Origin: Vitrella brassicaformis CCMP3155
Taxonomy: Eukaryota; Protista; Chromerida
DNA length: 64,000 nucleotides
Reading direction: 5' to 3'
Assembly (NCBI GenBank): GCA_001179505.1
Contig: CDMY01000356.1
Span: 124,001-188,000 of the forward strand
The translations under genes and the position numbers were made by a program. Every line of letters begins with the position of its first letter. Within the stretch, counting starts at the first letter, position 1. The notes beneath the pieces were generated by a model that was given only the letters and a program-made list of their open reading frames with translations, searched no databases and was not told where the DNA came from. Of this stretch, positions 41,174 through 51,942 are shown one piece after another.

Positions 41174-41898
41174 ATGGCGTACTACGACCCCAACTACCAC
41201 ATGAGCATCCACGCGATGAACCGCGCGGCGATGCGACATGCACCTGTGCAGCAGGTGGGTGGGCTGGGCTGGGGATGGTCTCGCACATTTCGCATGACCA
41301 TTTTCCCGCTGTCTGTATGTGTGTTTTGTGCAGGAGCATGTGCCCACGTTGGAGACGCCTCAGTTGGTGGCGACTGTGGCCCCTGCTCACGCCGTGCCGA
41401 TGGCAGTGCCAATGTATGGCCACTACACCTACACCACACCCAGCCCTAGCATCCACCACCAGGTACGCCAACACGCATGGCCAGAGACTGTGCTCGCGTG
41501 TGCATACGTCTCATCTCGTGGTTGCGTGTCAGAACTACCTAGTACAGACTCACCAGATGGTCCCTCCGATGCACCCCACGCAACCTGTTCCTGTGGTGAG
41601 CACCTGCAGGCACCTGCACACCACACACTCACACACAGCAGAGGGAGGCATCAATCCGGTGGGCCACACATGTGTATGTGTCTTGTGTGTGCGTCAGGCG
41701 CATCCGTTGTGTGTGCCGGTTGGTGGCTCGATCTCCCACCTCAACTACGTCATGGCGCAGAGCCCGCACCTGAGCCACCCGACGGCCATGTACACGCCGC
41801 CCAACATGGTGGGCATGCCACCCCAGACGGCCGCCCAGCCCGCGCCCGAGAAGAAACCAGAGCTGGAGGGGCAGGGGCAGGCCAACAAGACCCAGTAG
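41174..41898 (+). CDS. Hypothetical Pro/His/Met/Tyr-rich low-complexity protein, 4 exons
   Basis: MAYYDPNYHMSIHAMNRAAM...PEKKPELEGQGQANKTQ*; in-phase GT-AG introns. Confidence 0.65.
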
Positions 41899-42034
41899 AT
41901 CAACAAACAAGGGGCAGGGGAGGGAGGGGACTGCGTGGCGGGTGTGTGTGTTTCTAGTGGGGTGGATGGGGGATGCCTGAGTGAATGGGTGTGTATCTAT
42001 GGGTGGTGGCTTGGCTGTGTGATACCTGGGTGGG

Positions 42035-42163
42035 TATTCACTTCCTCTCTGGCACTTGCCTCGCTGGAGGAGCAGACAGGTGACCAGACACGCTGTTTCT
42101 CCTTCGTGTCTGGTCAGGGGTCTGCTCGTTGGGTGAGATAAGTGCAGAGAGAGGGAAGGAATG
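42035..42163. ncRNA. Long fold-back hairpin (pre-miRNA-like candidate H2)
   Basis: Perfect 12-bp apical stem TGACCAGACACG (42081-92) / CGTGTCTGGTCA (42105-16), then GAGCAGAC/GTCTGCTC (8 bp) and further in-register pairing out to 42035/42163. Confidence 0.45.
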
Positions 42164-43146
42164 GCACACACCCCAACTAGCAGCTCGCAATTTTCAGCCA
42201 CACAATCAATGTAGTGGTACATACAATACATGCGCACATACATGTACGTGTGAGCGCCACGACAGACCACACCACACCACGCGAGCAGCGGCCTCACTAG
42301 CTCTTTTTTTATCCCCCTCAGGAACACACACGATGGCAGACAGGTGCTCGTGAGCGGCGAGTGTGCGTGTGTTGTTGTGCATTGATAACGGACGAGGCTG
42401 GCTGCCATGTCGCGTTGTCTCCCACCCAATCGCTGAGTGGACGGCTGCAGTGTATGTGTGTGTATGTATGTGTGTATGTGTAAGCGCAGAGAGGGCATTT
42501 TTCCGGCCTTGAGCTCCTGTGGTTTTCTCTTGCTCGGTCGCGTGCATGGTGCAGTCGCTGTCGTGTATGGATAATGTGGATGCATCGATGCATTGGTCCT
42601 CTTATGTGCCTGCCTGCCTGGATGGATGGATAGAATGGCGTCTGTGTTGAGAGAGCGAGAGAGCGGTGTGTGTATTACCTTTCCTCCCCTCCATTCCCTC
42701 TCGCCCTTTTCCTGCCTGCCTGCCATCGGCTTGTTTGCCTCAATGCCTGGCGTCTGCATGTATACTAAGGGCAGCCTATATATGGTATGGATCAAGTCAC
42801 ACGAAGTGTCCTGTGATGTCATGTGAAGTGAGTGTGTTGGATGTCACCGCACCGCTACCACTGACTGACTGACTGGCTGACCGATTTGTTGGGGAGGGGC
42901 CAAAGGGACGCTCGTTTTCTCGGCGAGACCGCACACGTGCGGGCAGTCGGGCGGCACCCGTCCGACGGCCAGCCGGCCGATCTTGTGTGTGTGTGTGTGT
43001 GTGTGTCTCCATCCTTTTTCCGCTCCCCCAGTTGGAGCATTGCCGAGCGACCCGACCCATGTACACATACAAACAAATGTACTTGCCATGATGCTGTCTG
43101 TCTTTGAGTACATGTGTGTGGCTGGCTGATTGGATGGCGTGGGGGG

Positions 43147-43446
43147 NNNNNNNNNNNNNNNNNNNNNNNNNNNNNNNNNNNNNNNNNNNNNNNNNNNNNN
43201 NNNNNNNNNNNNNNNNNNNNNNNNNNNNNNNNNNNNNNNNNNNNNNNNNNNNNNNNNNNNNNNNNNNNNNNNNNNNNNNNNNNNNNNNNNNNNNNNNNNN
43301 NNNNNNNNNNNNNNNNNNNNNNNNNNNNNNNNNNNNNNNNNNNNNNNNNNNNNNNNNNNNNNNNNNNNNNNNNNNNNNNNNNNNNNNNNNNNNNNNNNNN
43401 NNNNNNNNNNNNNNNNNNNNNNNNNNNNNNNNNNNNNNNNNNNNNN
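43147..43446. other. Assembly gap (300 N)
   Basis: N run flanked by G tracts. Confidence 0.9.
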
Positions 43447-44275
43447 GGGGTGGGGGGGGGGAGAGTGACCCGGTTATGTGCTCGCTGCAGAGGTGTTTGT
43501 CGTCGCGGACGTGCCCTGCTCGCCTCATGTCTGGCCTCATGTCAGTACAGCACGTGAGGTCAGGAGGGACGTGAGCGGCGACACACACCGCTGGAGAAAC
43601 ACTTGACAAGACGGCTGACTGGTGGGGGGTTTCTGTGAATGTGAGCGTGTCCTCTTTGGGAGAGGGGAAAAAAGTGCTCGTCTGCTTTGTCGCGTCTGGC
43701 ACTCCAGAGCGAGAGAGCATTCGTGTTCACCAGCCGCACCGACCGGGTCATTGACGCAAGCCTCCAGATGTGGAAACTTGTGTCCATGTCTCAGGAGGGG
43801 CGGCGGGATACACGAGTGTCTCTCTCCTCTGTGCGCCGAGAAGGGGTTCGGTCAGGGGAGGGGGGGGGAGGACAAGAACTGTATGAGCTTTGATTGATGC
43901 AGTGATATCACGGTCAAGGGATGAGGAACGAGCTGTTGAAAAATGAAACTGCAGCAAATCATTCTTCACATGTATACAAGCTTCCATGTATAGAGAAGGA
44001 GCGCCCCGAACGACCAAGCCACCGGCGGCCAACGACCCCCACTTAAATGGCCGATTTAGTGGTGTGCGCCGGTAGGTGCGCAGTGCGCAGTATCCGTGAG
44101 GGACTGGTATCACATACTTGACGTGGAGAACGAACGCATCATACATACAAACTTGGTTCAGGACAGAAAAAAGTCAATGAGCACTGGACAAACCCAACCG
44201 AGAAATGCCGCCTCCCTCCCTCCAATCAGTCCGTCCCCAGCACATCCACACCAATGTCTGTGTGTGCGCATATAT

Positions 44276-44849
44276 CTAAGTGCCGTATGCCTCGTGGAAG
44301 CCCCTCGTGCAACCTGACAACCACAAACACACACACAAACACACTCCACGCGTCCTCTGTCTAGACCAGATCTGATTAATGTGTCGACACACACCAGGGG
44401 CATTGGGGTCTTCCTCACCGCAGCAATCCCTGCACACACACGGAGAGAGAGTTCACGGACGCGCACCAGTAGCGTGCGGATCCCTCTCACTCTCACCAGT
44501 AGTGTCCAGGCCACTTGTCGTGTTTGGGCACCTCTTCTACGGCCGCATAATACTGACATACACATGATTGCGTCAATCACACTCAGACGGGCCTGCACAT
44601 AGCTGCCGTACCTTAGCGCCTTCTGGGTGGTACCTGCAGACAAACTCCTTCTTGTGATGCTGGCAGCTCGTCGCCGAGTTTGTCGTCACGTCAAACTCCT
44701 GAACAAAGGCAGCCAGCGGATGAAGGGAGTCACGTCGATGGACGGAATTCATCGCTTACCTGTTTGCATTTTCGACACTTCCTTGCGTTCTTCGGGGGGA
44801 TAGATGAAGCGGCGCCACTGTGGGAAACACTGTCCTTTGTTGTTGCCAT
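44276..44849 (-). CDS. Small (about 101 aa) Cys/His-rich zinc-binding protein, 5 exons, not captured as one ORF in the ORF track
   Basis: Spliced product MATTKDS..KCRKCKQ|EFDVTTNSATSCQHHKKEFVCRYHPEGAK|YYAAVEEVPKHDKWPGHYW|DCCGEEDPNAPG|CTRGFHEAYGT*; all four introns are GT-AG and in phase. Confidence 0.8.
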
Positions 44850-45111
44850 CTCTGCTCCTCCGAATAAGTTTTGAGCTCGCCACAGTGGATCGCGGCTCCC
44901 TCCTCCCTCCCGACCAACCGAGGGTGCTTCATCACAACAGAAAACCCGGCTTTTGTCAAAAATTAAGATGAGCTGCTTCCATCTCACTCTCTCTATCATC
45001 GCACTTCCGGGGAGGCTTCAAGTTCAGAAGACCGCAGCCTGACGGAACAGCAGGTGTAGTGTCGGCGTCCCTTATTGACACGGGTGTGTCCGTCCATCTA
45101 TATCATCGACA

Positions 45112-46299
45112 ATGCTGCGGGAGATCTTGTTTCGGTTATGCCCGTGTCTGCATTGGCTCTTCCGCACGACCAACTATGCCGAGCTCGACACGTCCGTCGG
45201 TGACATCGTATCGCCGCGCGTCTTCGGCGCCCGCCAATTCAACAAGGGCGGCTTCGACCTCAACGATGTCCCCGACACAGTGGCGAGCACCGAGTATGAC
45301 ATGGGCGGCCGGGGGCTGAAGATAGTGGAGCTTCCCCCGCAGCTGCAGCCACGAGCAGACGCCTATGCACATGGCGGCGCGGGGAACGGCCAGGTGGATC
45401 TCGAGGCGCCTGAGGGGCAGGGGAGCCATCCGGGCGACAGTGAGCATCGGGGGGAGGTGGTGAGGAGGATGGCGGATGCGCTCAAGGGCGACGAGGAGGC
45501 GCTGGCATCGCTGGACCGCGGCAAGGTGACGCCGACCCAAGTCAAGCTGATATTCGACCGCTTCGCTAATGACGACCTGCGGGCGATCTGCCAGGGCATC
45601 AAGCAGTGCCGCACCATGAAGTCGGTTGAGTTTGGATGCAACTCGTTTGGCGACCAGGGTGTGTCGATCATCTGCGAGTGCCTCCGCCACGCCGACCAGC
45701 TGAGGTCCATCGCCATCTGGGGCAACTCTGTCGGTGACGAGGGCGCCCACAGCCTCATGGACCTGCTCAGCTCATGCCCCGGCCTCGTCAATGTGGTCTT
45801 GTCGAACAACGAGATCACCGACAGTGGCCTGACCTCCCTGTCCCTCGCCCTCCCCTCCTGCACCGCCCTCCGCTCCCTCGACCTCTCCGTCAATGCGGCG
45901 CTGTCCGACGCAGGTGTGCAGTCGCTCGTGCGGGCTCTCAAAGACGAGGCAAGCTGCAGCCTCGAGAACCTCAATCTCAACAATGACTCTGTTGGGAACG
46001 ACGGGGCCAAGGCGCTGGCCACGTGGCTGGCCAAGAGGCCGCGGGAGGGCGCCTCGACCGTCACCGACAGTGGCTGTCCGCTCATCACTCTCGACTTGAG
46101 CTACAACATGGTGGAGGACACTGGCGCCCGTGCGCTGGCTGAGGGGCTGGAGAAGAACGGCAAGCTGATCGAGCTGAATTTGAGCGGCAATCTGCTGAGT
46201 GACAGCGGTGCGCATCGGCTGCTCAAGACGCTGGGCAAGGGCACTGATGTGCCTGGTCGGTCGATTCTGATAGAGGAGATGACCACGGTTAGGGCATAG
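45112..46299 (+). CDS. Intronless RNI-like leucine-rich-repeat protein (395 aa)
   Basis: About 28-aa repeats such as LRSLDLSVNAALSDAGVQSL, LENLNLNNDSVGNDGAKAL, LITLDLSYNMVEDTGARAL. Confidence 0.88.
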   Translation: MLREILFRLCPCLHWLFRTTNYAELDTSVGDIVSPRVFGARQFNKGGFDLNDVPDTVASTEYDMGGRGLKIVELPPQLQPRADAYAHGGAGNGQVDLEAPEGQGSHPGDSEHRGEVVRRMADALKGDEEALASLDRGKVTPTQVKLIFDRFANDDLRAICQGIKQCRTMKSVEFGCNSFGDQGVSIICECLRHADQLRSIAIWGNSVGDEGAHSLMDLLSSCPGLVNVVLSNNEITDSGLTSLSLALPSCTALRSLDLSVNAALSDAGVQSLVRALKDEASCSLENLNLNNDSVGNDGAKALATWLAKRPREGASTVTDSGCPLITLDLSYNMVEDTGARALAEGLEKNGKLIELNLSGNLLSDSGAHRLLKTLGKGTDVPGRSILIEEMTTVRA

Positions 46300-46704
46300 C
46301 ATAGCGTTCCTCCATGACGAGAAGAGAGATGACAGCAGCGTTTATTTGTGTGCAAGACGAGAATGTGACGACTCTTTCTGTGGCCCTTGTATACACCTGA
46401 ATGAGGGGCGTTAGCGTGAGAGTACGAGCGCATTATCACCAAATGCCATGCCACTTATCCCACTTATCAGTACCAATCATCCATCACCAAGCTGACATGA
46501 GGTCGGTCCCGCGTCTCTGCGATTGACCCCAACACATGCACGTGTCGGCAAAACCGACAAATGGACAGAGAGGTAGAGAGACCAACGAGCATCGGGAGCC
46601 GCGAAGCCCCTGCAGCAAAGAATGAGGGCAACGAAGGAAAACTAGCCCAAGGCGAGAGAGGAGAGAGAAAAGGGTCGAGTCCAAGCAAGGAAGTCAATGG
46701 GAAG

Positions 46705-48301
46705 TCATTTCATCACTGCGTTCCATATAAATCCGACGCAGCCGATCAGGCAGATGACCAGGATGATGCGGCAGAAGAAGTTGCTGTTCTTCTGCTCCTC
46801 CTGCACACGCAATTACGGGCAAGCACACAGAGAGAGGACCAACCATCCATCCACTATCAAGCCACCCGTTTCGCATGCACGAGCCAGGCAGGCAGCCCAC
46901 CATGAACTTTTTGAGTTTGACGTTCATTTTGTTGAGTTCGGCTGATGCCTTCTCGGCCGTCTTCTGTATCTCTGCCGCCATGGCCGTCTGCTTGTCGGCC
47001 GTCTGAACAACAAGAAATCACACGCAGGGACACCCCCATCGATGCATCCACACGCGACAAGGGAGACATACACCTGTCTGTCTGTCTGTCTGCCCTTCCG
47101 TGTATCGATGGCCTTTCAGTCTGCGGACCACGTTGATTTGTGTTGCGATCTCGCCGAGCCGCTCGACGCCCTCACCGATCTCCTCCACTTGCTTGTCCTG
47201 CATCACACACACAGACGAGCATGAGGCAATGCATTGCTTACTCATTCACGTCCGATCCTTTGTTTGTGTGTGGCTTGGCTTGGCTGGCAAATGCTTACAA
47301 ATTGCGCGTCTCTGTGCTTCCATCGATACATTGCCCTCTCTTCATCCTCAGTTGGGGACCTGATGGAATGACACAAGTGTGGAGAGACACACACGCAGAG
47401 ACATGAATGAAAACTTGCATTCATCCTCCTCCTGCTGCTGCTGCTGCTGCTGCTAGTGCCCGGCTTACATTGGCTGTCCCCCGGTGCTGTCGACTTGAAT
47501 GTGCACACCGCCCGCAGACAGACCTAGGCCTGCCCTGAGAGACATAGCAGGCAAACAGTCAATATGTTCCCCTGCTTGTTTTTGTCACTTTGCTGTCCTT
47601 TCGTCACCTCTGTTCGAGTACGGTTTTGATTTCGATGTCGTCCTCCCTGTTGAGAGCGCCTCCCGTCTTGAAGCTGGTCTTGGCCTCCTCCAACTGCTTC
47701 TTCATGATCTGCAGCGCCTGGAACCGACTCTCTAGCTCCGTCTCCTCAAACTTCTGCACTCACCCAATCCACGGATGCATCCATTCCATGGTGCGGCAAC
47801 CAACACAGACAGACAGACAGACAGACGTGTGTGCCTGCGCATGTGTGGGTGGGGTTGTTCTTTGGTTGTTTCCTCACTCCTCACTCTCACTCACCCTTCT
47901 CTGGTTGCTTTGTTTCTTGTAGAGCTCCTGTATCTTCTTGAAGTCGGCATCGAGGGACTTGAGTGTGTCGGTGATGAAGACGCCCTTCTGGATGACCTCG
48001 AACGAGTTGCCCACCCGCTTCTGCAGCACCTGCCGCTCGCGAATGGCCTCCTTGACCTCAAACAGGGCCGAGTATATGTCCTCCTTCAGTCGCAGGAACT
48101 CGTCCTTGGGGCCGTCTTTACGGTCCTTGGCCGCCTTGTCGATGGAACCGCACTCCTCCTGGATGCGCTCCAGACGCTTCAGCAGCTCATCCACACCTAC
48201 ACACACACACATACATGACATGCAGCGCAAGAACAGAGAGATTGCAATGAATAAAGGAATGATTCGTGTCGGAAGCAAGTACCGTGCAAAGAAGACGCCA
48301 T
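46705..48301 (-). CDS. Qc-type SNARE (SYP7/syntaxin-6/8-like) with C-terminal TM anchor
   Basis: N-terminal helical region, SNARE heptads QDKQVEEIGEGVERLGEIATQIN..ELNKMNVKLKK, and tail NFFCRIILVICLIGCVGFIWNAVMK*. Confidence 0.85.
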
Positions 48302-48512
48302 GCTGTCAGCCAATGGCACTTGATGCCACCTCTCGATCTTCGAGAGCTTGCAGACTAGCTCGCCTTCTGGGGACGGGAGGGGAAAAAGCCGACGAACGCT
48401 CGCTGGCAGTCAGCAAGAAGCGTGTCGCATGCACAGCTCGCTTGCAGGGCTGTCATAGCTGCAAATTGGCGGATTTGATTGGCGAATTGAAGCTGCGGTA
48501 GCTGACTGAGAG

Positions 48513-49194
48513 ATGGGAAGGCTCTTCATACAGGTGACTGACACGCGCACACGCAGAATAAGATAAAGGCAGGCAGCCAGCGAAGAGCAGCACAGACGAT
48601 AGGCAGCCGCAAGCATGCTTTCGTTCGATGTGTTGCGTTGCTGCTGCTGTTGCGTGTGTGTGTGCCCTGCCTGCAGTACTACGACAAGACGACGGCCCAT
48701 CGCTGCACCACTTGCGGGACGCACATCACTGCCAAACAGCTGGTCAACTGGATTGGGGTCATGTAAGGCACCACGGGAGCACAGCAACGGACACCGACGG
48801 ACCTTCTCACTCATGGTATGTGTGTCCTTCTTTTCACGAACGCCATGCAGGGGTCAGCGGCAGCCTGCCAAGAACTATGGCGACTGTATCAATGTCGACT
48901 TCAGCTCGGTAAGCTAAGCTCGACCAATGCATTGGACCACGTGTGTGTTGTGTGATTCCCCTCATCCATTCACTCGCCCGTTTGTTTGTTCGTTCGTTCA
49001 TGTACGCCTGCCTGCAGGACTTTGAGCAGACGTTGAGTTCTGGGACGTACACGCTGCGGTCGGTGTACTGCCGTGTGTGCCGCAACTACCTGGGCTGGAA
49101 GTACGTCGCCTCGGGGACGGGCGACCCCGGGAACAAGGAGAAGGAGGGCACCTACATGCTCCTGGACGATAACCTGGAACCCATCGAAGTCTGA
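48513..49194 (+). CDS. Yippee-family zinc-binding protein
   Basis: MGRLFIQ|..CTTCGTHI..CINV..SGTYTLRSVYCRVCRNYLGWKY..KEGTYML. Confidence 0.88.
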
Positions 49195-49535
49195 CACACG
49201 CTTATACCTTACTGCCTGCCTGCCTGCCTGCCTTTGTGGGTAATTTGCGCCTGTCCGTTGCTTTTTCTGTGCAGTGCATGTCTATGAGGGGGGTATGGAC
49301 GAACGAACGAGCGCGGTCGGCCCATTTTGTTTTCTCTGTTTGCGGGCCGGGCCTGCAGAGCGGCTGCAGTGACTGGACGGCTGCTGTACCATAGCTAGCA
49401 AGCACAAGAGAGGCAACGAGAGAGATTCTTCTGCCGTGTATAGAAGGGGATTGCAATCACTGCACCTGACCGGCAGACTAAGACAAACAGCCGAGAGCAG
49501 AGGTAGAGGCAGGTAGACAGGAGGGGGGGGGGGGG

Positions 49536-49835
49536 NNNNNNNNNNNNNNNNNNNNNNNNNNNNNNNNNNNNNNNNNNNNNNNNNNNNNNNNNNNNNNNNN
49601 NNNNNNNNNNNNNNNNNNNNNNNNNNNNNNNNNNNNNNNNNNNNNNNNNNNNNNNNNNNNNNNNNNNNNNNNNNNNNNNNNNNNNNNNNNNNNNNNNNNN
49701 NNNNNNNNNNNNNNNNNNNNNNNNNNNNNNNNNNNNNNNNNNNNNNNNNNNNNNNNNNNNNNNNNNNNNNNNNNNNNNNNNNNNNNNNNNNNNNNNNNNN
49801 NNNNNNNNNNNNNNNNNNNNNNNNNNNNNNNNNNN
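49536..49835. other. Assembly gap (300 N)
   Basis: N run next to a poly-G tract. Confidence 0.9.
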
Positions 49836-50806
49836 CCACCCCATCCCACCTACCCACCCCACGCCACCCATCCCCAGAATTAGCAGGCACACACCGCCCC
49901 ATCCACCCGCCCACCCCCCACACGTCCACCGGTTCGTATGCTGGTGCATATATGTGTGTTTTTGATGTGTATGTATGTATGTATGTAATGTGTGCGCGGT
50001 GCTCCATCCATCCATCCACCCGTCACTGACTCTCCACTCACCTACTGACTCCGCCGATGCACAGAGACAGACAGACAGACAGAGAGGCATGCAGGCCGAC
50101 AGCCCTTCCCCTCCCACCATACATCTCTCTCTGTGCAGCGATTTTTCTCCCCTAAGTGTGCGGGTGGATGAGTCTTTTCTGCTTGTTTTGCCTTGCTATG
50201 CTGTGCTGTGCTGTGCTGTGCTGTGATACTGGTGTTCCTGCATGCCCGTTTTGATTACGCGTCTGCCCGTCCGTCCGTTGCTGTGGATCATCCATCACTA
50301 TTTGTGAATTGGTTGCTGGGCGCATTTCTCTCCTTCTCTTCCTTCCCCCTCCCTCCCCCCGCACAACACCCGCCCGCCGCGCCCTGTGTGTGCAACGGAC
50401 GCTGCAGGCGTCCGCCTGGGCAGTCAGGCAACAACAGACGAGTGAATGCACGGTACGCAGGAACGACTTTGTATACGTGCATGCGTCATGCGTGTGTACG
50501 GCTCATCATCGATGGTTTTGGAGAGAGTGAGAATGCGGTCGACCGACCGATTCCTTCTGGCGCCTGATGAAGGCTGGATGGTGGATGGCTGCATACTTGA
50601 GCGAGGAGCGCTTTACAGGGGTGGGCGGTGTACAGCGAGAGGGAGGGGTGACATGCCATGACTGGCAGGCAGGAAAGCAGACGAGAGCTAGAGAGGATTC
50701 GTCCGTCCGGGCAATTCACTGGAGCAGGCAGTGAAGCGCTGTCTATAGAGGCAGGCAGTTTCTCTTGTCCCTAGTGTACACAACCACTCAACCTGATGAC
50801 GTCTTC

Positions 50807-50916
50807 CGAGGTGCTGTCTGTGCTGAATCTTCTGTTGGCGATCTTCTGGTAGCAAACAGGGTTATGTTTGCTACCAGCAGATCTCCGACAAAATACTCAG
50901 CGCAACAGCACGCTCG
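50807..50916. ncRNA. Near-perfect 110-nt hairpin (pre-miRNA-like candidate H3)
   Basis: 52-nt arms around a 6-nt loop GGGTTA. Manual pairing gives 44 Watson-Crick pairs, 2 G-U pairs, 5 mismatches and one single-base bulge per arm; the apical 13 bp are perfect (CTGGTAGCAAACA/TGTTTGCTACCAG). Confidence 0.55.
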
Positions 50917-51942
50917 ACTGGGATGGCATTATGACAAGTCAGCTCAATGAATGCACGCTCTACCGTCATCCTCCCCCTCACCTCTCAAGGATACACATAC
51001 ACACGCACGACATGTAGCCGCCACCGAACAGCCCCACGGACGGAGAGGAACGACTCTTTCCGATCAGTCGATACGTACAGACAGACACAAAGCGATGGAG
51101 GGAGGGAGGAAAGAAAGAAAGAGAAAGAGAAAGAAAGAAAGAGGCGAGGCTAGCTGCATACAGACAGACAAGTGCCTGCTGCCGCTGCCGCGCATGGCTC
51201 GGCAGCCATATGTCTTAGCCAGGCACCGACACACAGATACACAGCAGCCATTGGTGCACAAGGGGTCTCAGGTCAGCACTACACACACAGCATAGGCAGC
51301 GGACGGACAGGTCATATCGGACATCAATGTCAGTACATCCAAGTGTGAACCATACACACACACACACACACACGCATCCAGCCATCGACTAGATAAAACC
51401 GCTCACCCACACCACAAAGGCACGACAGGAGAGAAAGCTGAAAAGGGGCTTTGCCCCGCATGAACACATCAGTCCACAGCGTCGTTTGCCTCCATCGATG
51501 TATGACACACACCCTGCCCGAGACGCACGAGCTAGCAAGGTGTATCGCCTTGCCGGCCCAGACCCCTCGGACATCGATGTGATACACCGATGGCAACGTG
51601 GGAGCGACAAAGGTATGCATAAGGTCGCCTGGCTTTCGTCGATCAATCAGCCGCACTCAGACAGTAAGACAGACCTTGAGGAGCCATCCATCCATCCATC
51701 ACACATTGGCAGACAGAGAGAGACACACACAGGGGTCATGCACGTGGCAAAGAGCAGCCACCAGACCAGCAGCTGAGCAGCCGCTTACATTACACACTGT
51801 ACAGATGTGATATGTAGGTAGGTAGTACACACACACGACCAACGTACGCACAAAATGGCATTCCGCCACACGTCCTACAGGCAACCCACCCCTCCCTCCC
51901 TCTCTCCTTCCCTCCCTCTCTCCCTCTCTCCCTCTGTACTAT

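Noticed and set aside
35875-49835. ORFs running through X stretches, and poly-G tracts beside the gaps
   Set aside because: The four fixed-size 300-N scaffold gaps and their G-run flanks are assembly features, not biology.
51493-51597. Nested short inverted repeats (CATCGATGT, GGTGTATC/GATACACC, GCAAGG/CCTTGC)
   Set aside because: The helices are mutually exclusive and short, so they do not form one long stem.
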